DNA from: Actinomycetota bacterium | GTDB lineage: Bacteria; Actinomycetota; JAICYB01 | Assembly: GCA_035536535.1 (NCBI GenBank) | Contig: DATLNZ010000086.1 | Coordinates: 1-58,301 of the forward strand | Direction: 5' to 3' | Length of the DNA: 58,301 nt | Part shown: one piece after another, positions 17,576 through 25,456 of the stretch | Position numbering within the stretch: position 1 is the first letter of the stretch | Layout: every line of letters starts with the position of its first letter | The notes under the pieces: generated by a model | Databases searched by the model: none | Seen by the model: only the letters and a program-made list of their open reading frames with translations | Told to the model about the DNA's origin: nothing | Made by a program: the position numbers and the translations under genes

Positions 17576-19003
17576 TCAGGATCCGACGCCGGCCGCCTTC
17601 AGCTGGCACGCCCCCCACTGCTGGGGGGTCGTCGCCGTGGCGAGCGCCCTGAGCTTCGTCGCCGTGTTGGCCCGGTCCTGCGGCGTCATCTCCAGCGCCT
17701 GCTCGATCGCGTCGCAGGTGCCGGTCACGTCGAATGGGTTCACCCGGATGGCCGCCTCACCTATCTCCTCAACGACGCCTGCGTTTGTCGAGAGGATCAG
17801 CGTCCCATTTCGCTCGTTCACGACCGGTCCCTCCTTGGCGACGAGGTTGAGGCCGTCGAACACCGGGTTCACGAGCATCGCGTCGTAGATGCGCATCCCG
17901 GCCAGTGACCGCTCGAAGTCATCCTGGAAGTACCAGCCAACGGGACCCTCGCCCCCCGGACCCGCGCCGGCATGCCGGTCGTTGATCCGGCGGACCACCT
18001 TCATGCACGCGTTGAGGTAGCGGCGGTAGCTGCTGACCTTCAGCCTGGAGGGGTATTGCATCGCCAGAAACCAGACGGACGACGCCAGCTCCGGACGCCG
18101 CTCCAGGAGTGCCTCGAACGCCAGAAAACCTCGCAGGGAGTTCTTCGACAAATCGATCCTGTCCACGCGCGCGAGTACCCGGCGGCCGTCCCGCTCGGCC
18201 TCCAGCCGCTCGGTCCACGACTGCACCGCTGGCGACTTCGACGCCTCCAGCACCGATGGTGCGTCCAGGGGAGCGGGGGCTACCAGCACGGCCGTCCGCC
18301 GGCCCTGGAACGTGACGCCTCCGGCGTCGACCTGCGCTCCGGGCACCATCGCCTCGCAGCAGCGGACGAACGCGGACGCCCACCTGCGCGAGTGGAACGC
18401 AACCACGTCGTAAGAGAGCAGCCCGCGTACAAGCTCCCCGGCGACGGGGGCCGGGAAAATCGACAGGTAGTCGGGCTCGGGCCACGGCGTGTGATGGAAG
18501 TACAGCAGGGGTGCGGAGGGCTCGCCCAGGGCCCGCAGCTCGTGTCCCAGCGTCATCAGGTGGTAGTCGTGCACCCACACGGCGGCGCAGGGCGCCGCTT
18601 CGGCAACCGCGCGCGCGTAGATCGCCCCCACCTGTCTGTATGCGTCCCAGGCGCGCGCGAACCGCGTGTCGAAGACCGGCGAGTTGGGCGTGTCGAACAG
18701 GTAGTGGAACGCGAACCACAGGTACTCGTTGGACATCAGGTCGTAGTGCAGGGCGTGGACGTCCTCGGGCAGGTCCAAAAGCCGCAGTCGGAATCCCCCG
18801 GTCTCCGAGCCGGCGGGGTTCCGGGCCGCGACCTCCCGGTCCGCCGGCGTCAGCGCGGCCGCAATCCAGGTCCCCCCCGAAGACTCCATCAGCGGGCGGA
18901 CCGCTCCGATGAGCCCGCCCCCGCCGCGCCCGGCGACGACGCGGCCCCTGACACGCCTGTGCTGGAGGGGCCCCCTGTGGGAGCACACGACCAGATCAGG
19001 CAC
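17576..19003 (-). CDS. otsA: alpha,alpha-trehalose-phosphate synthase (GT20 family)
   Basis: GT20 hallmarks: N-terminal VVCSHRGP, GGGLIGAV, VWVHDYHLM, and C-terminal LVNPVFDGLNLVAKE. The start overlaps the treT stop by 8 nt. Confidence 0.8.
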   Translation of the reverse strand: MPDLVVCSHRGPLQHRRVRGRVVAGRGGGGLIGAVRPLMESSGGTWIAAALTPADREVAARNPAGSETGGFRLRLLDLPEDVHALHYDLMSNEYLWFAFHYLFDTPNSPVFDTRFARAWDAYRQVGAIYARAVAEAAPCAAVWVHDYHLMTLGHELRALGEPSAPLLYFHHTPWPEPDYLSIFPAPVAGELVRGLLSYDVVAFHSRRWASAFVRCCEAMVPGAQVDAGGVTFQGRRTAVLVAPAPLDAPSVLEASKSPAVQSWTERLEAERDGRRVLARVDRIDLSKNSLRGFLAFEALLERRPELASSVWFLAMQYPSRLKVSSYRRYLNACMKVVRRINDRHAGAGPGGEGPVGWYFQDDFERSLAGMRIYDAMLVNPVFDGLNLVAKEGPVVNERNGTLILSTNAGVVEEIGEAAIRVNPFDVTGTCDAIEQALEMTPQDRANTATKLRALATATTPQQWGACQLKAAGVGS

Positions 19004-20246
19004 GAAGCAGCTCTGCGGCCAGCCCCACCCAGTCGGACACTTCGCGCGTCGTCAGAAAGCGATCGCCGATCAGCTCCCGGGCCGCACGTCCCATCTGCGC
19101 GGCCCGCTGCGGGTCGGCCAGCAGCTCGGCCGTCCGCGCGGCGCACTCCTCAACCGACTCCACCAGGTATCCGGTCCGGCCGTCGTCGATCTGCAGCGTG
19201 ATGCCGCCCGCACGGCCTCCCACAACGCAGCGCTCCTTCCACCCCGCCTCGGCGACCGTGAGGCCGAATCCCTCCCGGATCGACTTCTGCAGGACGACTC
19301 CCGCGGCGCGCTGAAAGCAGTTGACGGCGGTGTTGCCCACCTCCTGAAAGTTGGACAGAACAAAGATGTCCGGGTCGCCGTCGCAGGCGTGCAGGACATC
19401 GTCGTAGAACCGCAGCCCCTCGGGGTCGTCGTGCGCCAATGACCCGGCAAGAATCAGCTGAACCTCGGGAAGGTCGCGTTTCACGGTCCTGTACGCCTCG
19501 ATGACGCCGAGCGGGTCCTTCCACCGGTCGAAGCGCGAGATCTGCGCCATGATCGGCCGCTCCGGGTCGATCCGGTACTGACGGCAGATGTCGGTGACGG
19601 TGATCGGGGCGAGCGGCGCGTTCTTCGGTGACAGCGGGTCGATCGACGGGGGACAGATCACCACGCGCCCGGCCGGGACGTCCTCTTGGACGAACTCGCG
19701 CATGGTGAACACCGCGGCGTCGTAGGGCTCGATGAGGTCCCGGACGAACGACCAGATCCCGGGATGGGGGTCGGCGCAGTCGATGTGCAGCCGCCACACC
19801 CACTTGGAGGCCACCTCGCGCGCACGGGGGCCGAGCAGACTCAGGATCGCCAGGGGCTGCGGGTCGTGGATGACCGCCACGTCCAGTCCCGTGGGCAGCG
19901 ACGCCAGGTTGGCGCCAACGCACGCCAGGTAGTGCTGCTCCATGTCCTGTGTCCACTCGAGGTCGTGATTGCCCTGCAGCCCGTTGTGGATGGTCTTGGT
20001 TATCTCGAAGAACCGCTCGTCACCGTCGATAACGCCCCACTGCGCAGAGATGCCCAGGTCCTGGAGCAGCGGGATCTGTGCGAGCAGCAACTCCGCGACT
20101 CCGCCTCCGTAGGCCGTGGAGTTGACGTTCAACAGCGAAGAGCCCTCGATCTGCCAGGCGACCCGCTGCAGTGAGTTGACGGCCTTGTCGCTGACGATCG
20201 GCCGGTAGTCGTCTATGGATCGCGGGGAGACGGGCACGAGTCGCAT
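18996..20246 (-). CDS. treT: trehalose glycosyltransferring synthase TreT-like GT4 glycosyltransferase
   Basis: VNSTAYGGGVAELL, FFEITKTIHNGLQG, HDPQPL, PPSIDPLSPKN, SRFDRWKDP, AHDDPEG, and QKSIREGFGLTVAEA, colinear with archaeal/bacterial TreT as I recall it. Confidence 0.75.
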   Translation of the reverse strand: MRLVPVSPRSIDDYRPIVSDKAVNSLQRVAWQIEGSSLLNVNSTAYGGGVAELLLAQIPLLQDLGISAQWGVIDGDERFFEITKTIHNGLQGNHDLEWTQDMEQHYLACVGANLASLPTGLDVAVIHDPQPLAILSLLGPRAREVASKWVWRLHIDCADPHPGIWSFVRDLIEPYDAAVFTMREFVQEDVPAGRVVICPPSIDPLSPKNAPLAPITVTDICRQYRIDPERPIMAQISRFDRWKDPLGVIEAYRTVKRDLPEVQLILAGSLAHDDPEGLRFYDDVLHACDGDPDIFVLSNFQEVGNTAVNCFQRAAGVVLQKSIREGFGLTVAEAGWKERCVVGGRAGGITLQIDDGRTGYLVESVEECAARTAELLADPQRAAQMGRAARELIGDRFLTTREVSDWVGLAAELLRA

Positions 20247-20365
20247 CGCTTGGACGGTAACCCAAGGAGTCGCTGTGAGCGCCGATCCTCCGGGGCCCCA
20301 GCCGGCGTGACAACGCGACCTGTCCGTCGGGTCGCCCGGCCCCCGATAGGATTGGATGGTCGACG

Positions 20366-21628
20366 ATGGAGACCCTGAACCGACCCGACCCCGAGCACCC
20401 GGTATCGGACCGCGTCCGCCACTGGGGCGTCGTGTCCTGGTCGATCATCGGCATCGTCGTCCTGACCGTGGGGGCCCTTTGGGCGCTGGCGCAGGTGCGG
20501 GACATCTTTCCGCCCCTCGTCCTGGCGCTCGTGACGATCTACCTGCTGAACCCGATCGTGTCGCGGCTGGAGCGCCGGGGGATCTCGCGGGTGTTCGGGT
20601 CCTGCCTCACGTACACGTTCTTCATCGCGCTCGTGGCGCTGGCGTTTGCGTTCCTCGTGCCGCTGGCCATCGAGCAGGGGCGGGGATTCGTGCACGACTT
20701 CCCCAGGAACGCAGACCGCATCCAGGACTTCGCCGAGCGTGCGTCCGCGGATATCGAGCGGCGCTTCGGCGGACAGATAAAGCTGCGGGACCGCATCGCG
20801 GGTGGGGGCTCGGGACTGCTGGGCGACGTCCTCAAGCGCGCGGGGTCGTTTCTGCAGGGCGCGCTGCACACGTTCGTGCTGCTGGCACTCGGCCCGATCA
20901 TCGCCTTCTACCTGTTGGTGGATCTTCCACGGCTGAAGAGGTCGGTGCTGAACCTCGTGCCCCCGCGCCGGCGTCCGGAGGTGGTCGAGGTCGCGTCGGA
21001 GGTCGGTCGCGCCATGGGAGGGTTCTTCAGGGGCCAGCTGTTCGTAGCTCTGGTGGTGGGGATCATGTCGGCGCTGGGGTTGCGCCTCATCGGCCTGCCC
21101 TACTGGCTGGTCGTGGGGCTCATTGCGGGGTTTTTCAACATAGTGCCCCTGATCGGCCCGTTTATCGGTGCGATCCCGGGGATCCTCATTGCGGGGGCCC
21201 TGCGCCCCCCGATCACGATCCTGTTCGTCGTCATCGTGATGACGGTCGTGCAGCAGATCGACAACCACTTCATCTCGCCGAACGTCATGAGGCTGACGGT
21301 GAAGCTGCATCCGGTGACCGTGATGATGTCGCTCATCGTCGGGGCCACCCTTGCAGGGTTCTGGGGCATGCTGCTGGCCGTGCCACTGGTCGCGTCGGGG
21401 AAGGTGGTCGCCGGTCACCTGTGGTACACGCGGGTTCCCTGGGGCCCTGAGGTGTTCGAGGAGGCCGAGCCTCCCCCCGAGGAGCAGCCGCTCCTCAAGG
21501 ACCCGGACGAAGCCCCGGCAGCCGAGGATGCGGGCGCGCCGGCCGGCTCGATGCTCACGGTGTCGGAGCAGGCCCCCGGCGACCCAGCCGCCCCCTTAGC
21601 GGATCCGGCTGATCCACGGACCCCCTGA
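20366..21628 (+). CDS. AI-2E family (PerM/UPF0118) transporter
   Basis: About 8 TM helices with family motifs NIVPLIGPFIGAIP and GFWGMLLAVPL. About 90-aa acidic/Pro-rich C-terminal tail. Confidence 0.85.
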   Translation: METLNRPDPEHPVSDRVRHWGVVSWSIIGIVVLTVGALWALAQVRDIFPPLVLALVTIYLLNPIVSRLERRGISRVFGSCLTYTFFIALVALAFAFLVPLAIEQGRGFVHDFPRNADRIQDFAERASADIERRFGGQIKLRDRIAGGGSGLLGDVLKRAGSFLQGALHTFVLLALGPIIAFYLLVDLPRLKRSVLNLVPPRRRPEVVEVASEVGRAMGGFFRGQLFVALVVGIMSALGLRLIGLPYWLVVGLIAGFFNIVPLIGPFIGAIPGILIAGALRPPITILFVVIVMTVVQQIDNHFISPNVMRLTVKLHPVTVMMSLIVGATLAGFWGMLLAVPLVASGKVVAGHLWYTRVPWGPEVFEEAEPPPEEQPLLKDPDEAPAAEDAGAPAGSMLTVSEQAPGDPAAPLADPADPRTP

Positions 21629-21640
21629 GGTCCCGAAAAG

Positions 21641-21670
21641 CAGAAAGGGCCGGCGAACCGGCCCCTTCTG
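21641..21670 (+). terminator. stem-loop after the AI-2E transporter gene
   Basis: CAGAAAGGGCCGG-CGAA-CCGGCCCCTTCTG: 12 of 13 positions pair, 13 nt after the stop. No clean U-tract follows (CCTCTCTCCC). Confidence 0.5.
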
Positions 21671-21747
21671 CCTCTCTCCCCCGAGAAACCTGTGCGGAGG
21701 CTTGTGTTTTAGCCAACCGCCTCCAAAATACTGTACCTCTGAGATAC

Positions 21748-21767
21748 GAATTCCTCCAGTGGAATTG
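21748..21767 (+). promoter_or_regulatory. inverted repeat in the AT-rich Rrf2 upstream region (candidate operator)
   Basis: GAATTCC-TCCAGT-GGAATTG (6 of 7 complementary) about 50 nt before ATG 21815, inside the lowest-GC stretch of the window. Confidence 0.3.
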
Positions 21768-21814
21768 CCCTAAACTTGTGGACAATCAAAATACGGCGAA
21801 CGGCGGGAAAGAGG

Positions 21815-22261
21815 ATGAGGTTCACGCAACGCACCGAGTACGCCGTCAGGGCGATGCTCCACTTGGCGCGACAGGCAGGGACGGGCCCCACGACGGCTCG
21901 CGAGATTGCCGGCGCCCAGCAGATTCCGGTCCGGTTCCTGGAGCAGGTGCTTCAGGAGCTGAAAAGGGCCGGTCTCATCAACAGCCAGCGTGGAGCCGCG
22001 GGTGGTGCATGGCTCTCGCGCGGCCCGGCGCTCATCACGGTGGCCGAGGTGGTGGATGTGGTGGAGGGGCCTGTGGTGAAGCAGGCCTGCCTCGACCCGT
22101 TTGACGACGGGGCGGGGGTCCAGGCTCATTCGGCCGTGCAGGAGCTGTGGCTCGACCTGCAGATAACGATCCGCGACCGCCTGTCGCAGGTGACCCTTGA
22201 GGACCTCGTGCGGCGCCAGGACGAGCTGGACCGGTCGTCGTACCTCGTCTTCCAGATCTAG
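21815..22261 (+). CDS. Rrf2-family transcriptional regulator (single Cys, probably cluster-less)
   Basis: MRFTQRTEYAVRAMLHLA...REIA..Q.IP.RFLEQVLQELKRAGLI.SQRG..GG: the canonical Rrf2 winged helix. RBS GGGAAAGAGG before the ATG. Confidence 0.85.
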   Translation: MRFTQRTEYAVRAMLHLARQAGTGPTTAREIAGAQQIPVRFLEQVLQELKRAGLINSQRGAAGGAWLSRGPALITVAEVVDVVEGPVVKQACLDPFDDGAGVQAHSAVQELWLDLQITIRDRLSQVTLEDLVRRQDELDRSSYLVFQI

Positions 22262-23040
22262 CCGGACGCGATCTGCGGGGTGAGCCGCTCGCGGGTCCGT
22301 GCGAACAAGATCCCCACCGGCCGGGCGAGAAGGACCACCAGCGGAACGTTCACGAGGATCGCCCGGCCCACGTCCCACGGCAGCGACGTCAAGGTGTAGA
22401 AGCGGAGAAACCGGGACAGCGTCTCCCCCATCCCAGCGCCCGCTTGAAACGAGACGGGGCCCACATCCGCAAGGAACGGCCAAAACCACAGCGTCATGAC
22501 CAGGCCGTACGCGAACGAGGACACCCCCGCGTACACCCCCAGCGCCGTACGCTCCATCCGGCCCCGCAGGACCCCGGCGAGGATTCCTGCGCCTGCCCCG
22601 ACCCAACCCAGGGCGAACATCTGGAACGGCAGCCAGGGTCCGACTCCGCCCGTCATCACCCCCGAGACCAGCATCGTGAACGCGCCCAGCAAAAAGGCCA
22701 GCCCGGCCCCGAGCGTCCATCCCGCGAGCACCGGAAGCACGAACACGAGGCTTTCGCCGCTGGGGCCTTTGGGGATGCGCAGCACCGAGTTCACGGCCAC
22801 GAGGGCGCCGAGCAGCGCCACGAGCCGGGCGTCGCCGGATCTGCGCGCGGTCGTCACGGCCACCAGGATCAATAGCGGGACCGCGAGCGCCAGCAGGACG
22901 GGAGCGTCGCCCGCATGGGCGCCGCGCTCGGAGCTGATGCGGGTTCCCAGGAGCAGCGGCCAGCAGAAGGCAGCCACCCCCGCGGCGTTCACGACGATAA
23001 AGGCCAGTCTGCGGACCCACCGCTGGGCGCCGGCCCTCAT
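22258..23040 (-). CDS. ECF-transporter substrate-capture (S) component-like membrane protein
   Basis: 260 aa from ATG 23040, which overlaps the ATPase stop (ATGA). About 6-7 TM helices. Last gene of the riboswitch-controlled ECF operon. The upstream 137 codons in the track are a frame artefact. Confidence 0.65.
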   Translation of the reverse strand: MRAGAQRWVRRLAFIVVNAAGVAAFCWPLLLGTRISSERGAHAGDAPVLLALAVPLLILVAVTTARRSGDARLVALLGALVAVNSVLRIPKGPSGESLVFVLPVLAGWTLGAGLAFLLGAFTMLVSGVMTGGVGPWLPFQMFALGWVGAGAGILAGVLRGRMERTALGVYAGVSSFAYGLVMTLWFWPFLADVGPVSFQAGAGMGETLSRFLRFYTLTSLPWDVGRAILVNVPLVVLLARPVGILFARTRERLTPQIASG

Positions 23041-24593
23041 GACGCTGCCATCGCGGCCAGGACGTCCTCCGGTGTCAGATACCGCGGGTCGCTCATCACC
23101 TTGCTCGTCTGCGAGCTGAACAGCAGCGAGTCGCCCAGGACCTGTCCCGTCGGACCGTCCGCGACGATCGCTCCGTCTGACATCAGCAGGACCCGGTCGG
23201 CCACCCGTGCGACCAGCTCCACGTCGTGCGTGACCAGCAGCACCGCCGTCCCACGAGCGGAGGCCTCGGCCAGCAACTGGCCGAGCAGCGACTTGGCCGG
23301 TGGGTCCAGCCCCCGGGTGGGCTCGTCCAGCAGCAGGACGTCGGGAGACCGCGCGAGAACCGTGGCGAGCGCGGTCCGGAGGCGCTGCCCGGAGGACAGC
23401 GACCAGGGATGACGCGAGGCCAGGTCGGCCAGGCCCAGGCGGCTCATCCATGCGCGGGCGGCGTCGCCGGACCCGGCCGCCGAAGCTATCTCCGCCAGCA
23501 CCGTTTCCCTGAACAGCAGAGCCTCCGCCCGCTGGGGCAGAAAGGCGACCCGGTCGAACGTCGGCGGGCGCCCGTCCACCTCGACCCGGCCCGCGGCCGG
23601 CGTCGCGAGTCCGCAGAGGGTCCGCAGCAAAGTGGTCTTGCCGGACCCGTTGCGTCCAATCAGCGCGGCGATGCGTCCGCGTTCCAGGTCAATCGACAGG
23701 TCGTGGATGACGTCCCGGCCCCCGGCGCGCACGCGCAGACGTCCGGCGCGCAGGATCGTCCGGCCGGGCGAGCGGTGCGGTGCCGCGGCCGGCCTGGTCC
23801 GGACGGCGGTTGCGAACCGGCGCCCTTCGCGGACGGTGAGCGGTAGCGGCGACCAGCCCAGCGCCCGGCCCAGGACCGTCACCGGCGGCGCGAACTCCGT
23901 CTGGGCGAACGCATTGCGGGGATCCGCCACCAGCGGAGGGCGCCCGGCGGCGAGGTGGCAGACACGGTCGGCGAACCCCGCGACCCGCTCCAGCCTGTGC
24001 TCCGAGCACACGATCGTGAGCCCGAACTCGTCCCGCAACCGGACCAGCGACGACAGGACGTCCTCGGCGGACTGGGGGTCCAGCGACGACGTCGGCTCGT
24101 CCAGTACCAGCACCTTCGGCTGGGCGGCCAGGACGGCGGCTACGGCCACGCGCTGGCGCTCCCCTCCGGACAGCGTGTCCAGCCTTCGGTCGCGCAGGTG
24201 TGCGATTCCCATGGCGTCGCACACCTCCTCGATTCGCTTCCGCATCGAGATGGGGGCCACCCCCAGGTTCTCCATCGCGAACGCCAGCTCCGGGACCACG
24301 CGGTCGGCCGTCGCGTGTGACTCCGGGTCCTGCGGGACGAAGCCGACGGTGTCGGCCAGCTCGCGGGGAGGCCGCCCCGTCACGTCCACGCCACCGATCC
24401 GGACTTTGCCGCTGAACCGCCCGCCGGAGTAGTGGGGGACGAGTCCGTTGAGCACACGCAACAGGGTCGATTTCCCCGACCCGGACGCTCCGGACACGAG
24501 GAGGAACTCGCCGTCCGCCACCTCCAGTTCCAGGTCCTCCAGGACGGGTGAGCCGCCCGGGTAGGAGAAGGTGACGCGTTCCAGTTGGATCAT
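23037..24593 (-). CDS. ECF transporter ATPase, fused tandem ABC domains (EcfA-EcfA')
   Basis: Two complete ABC cassettes: GASGSGKST / LSGGERQRV / LVLDEPTS and GRNGSGKTT / LSSGQRLRT / LLLDEPTRGLD. ATG 24593 overlaps the EcfT stop (ATGA). Confidence 0.9.
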   Translation of the reverse strand: MIQLERVTFSYPGGSPVLEDLELEVADGEFLLVSGASGSGKSTLLRVLNGLVPHYSGGRFSGKVRIGGVDVTGRPPRELADTVGFVPQDPESHATADRVVPELAFAMENLGVAPISMRKRIEEVCDAMGIAHLRDRRLDTLSGGERQRVAVAAVLAAQPKVLVLDEPTSSLDPQSAEDVLSSLVRLRDEFGLTIVCSEHRLERVAGFADRVCHLAAGRPPLVADPRNAFAQTEFAPPVTVLGRALGWSPLPLTVREGRRFATAVRTRPAAAPHRSPGRTILRAGRLRVRAGGRDVIHDLSIDLERGRIAALIGRNGSGKTTLLRTLCGLATPAAGRVEVDGRPPTFDRVAFLPQRAEALLFRETVLAEIASAAGSGDAARAWMSRLGLADLASRHPWSLSSGQRLRTALATVLARSPDVLLLDEPTRGLDPPAKSLLGQLLAEASARGTAVLLVTHDVELVARVADRVLLMSDGAIVADGPTGQVLGDSLLFSSQTSKVMSDPRYLTPEDVLAAMAAS

Positions 24594-25456
24594 CGGCGGG
24601 TCCGGGCGAGGTCCGCCACAACCGGTGCCGCGAAAAGCAGAGCGGGCAGGCAGGCGGTGAGCGCGAACACTGGAGCTGTGATTCGGGGATAGGCGGTCCA
24701 CGCGCCGGGGGCGACGACGCGTGCCGCGACTACCGCACCTACGGCCGCCGAGACGATCGCGACGTCCGCGGTTCTGAACCGCGCCGGGGCCATCCGGGTC
24801 ACCCGCGGGCGGCGCCGTCCGTAGCCCCTGGAATCCATGGACTCCGCGAGCAGAAAGGCACGCTCCAGGCTCAATGCAAGGATCGGGACGGCCAGCGACG
24901 GCGCGAGGCGGGTCCGCCCCCGCTCGCCGCGCATCTTCTGTGCGTCGCGTACGTCCGCCGCCGCGGCGAGCACGCCCGGCACGAACGCCAGCGCGATCGC
25001 CACGACCAGCCCCGCTTCACGGGTCACCGCCGGCACGGCGCGTACGGCGGCCGAGAAGTCGATGCGCGAGTTGAACTCCCCGAAGGCGGCCAGCACCAGC
25101 ACCAGGCGCAGTCCTTCCAGCGCGCTCTCCGCGACCACCTCGGCGGTCACCCGGCCCCCGAGCCCGAAGCCTCCCGCCCACGAGGGCAGCGCGAGGCGGG
25201 GAAGCGAGAACAGTGTCGTCTGGCCCGGATTGGGCAGCAGTGCGGTGAACACCAGACGGAACCCGAGGACGACGATGGCCGCGACAAGAAACGTCCTCAT
25301 GGGCCGCACTCGCGCCGCCGGATCCTCGGGGGCCGACAGGTGCACGAGCAGGACCGCGCTCAGCGCCGTCGCCAGGGCATAGGGGTTGGAGACCGCGAAC
25401 GCGTAGACGGAGCAGGCTGTGAGCCAACCGGCCCAGGCCAGCGTGTGGACCCTCAC
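24590..25456 (-). CDS. ECF transporter transmembrane (T) component, CbiQ/EcfT family
   Basis: 288 aa from GTG 25456, overlapping the upstream stop (GTGA). Polytopic, with the characteristic LAESMDSRGYG (A..x..RG) coupling-helix motif. Confidence 0.8.
   Translation of the reverse strand: MRVHTLAWAGWLTACSVYAFAVSNPYALATALSAVLLVHLSAPEDPAARVRPMRTFLVAAIVVLGFRLVFTALLPNPGQTTLFSLPRLALPSWAGGFGLGGRVTAEVVAESALEGLRLVLVLAAFGEFNSRIDFSAAVRAVPAVTREAGLVVAIALAFVPGVLAAAADVRDAQKMRGERGRTRLAPSLAVPILALSLERAFLLAESMDSRGYGRRRPRVTRMAPARFRTADVAIVSAAVGAVVAARVVAPGAWTAYPRITAPVFALTACLPALLFAAPVVADLARTRR

Noticed and set aside
23041-23451. N-terminal extension of the S-component ORF (track start 23451), and likewise the extensions 7670..7927 and 24594..24701
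   Set aside because: The extensions overlap the upstream gene's coding sequence in another frame and are Arg/Pro-rich. Internal ATG/GTG starts give the 4-nt overlaps (ATGA/GTGA) seen throughout this genome.
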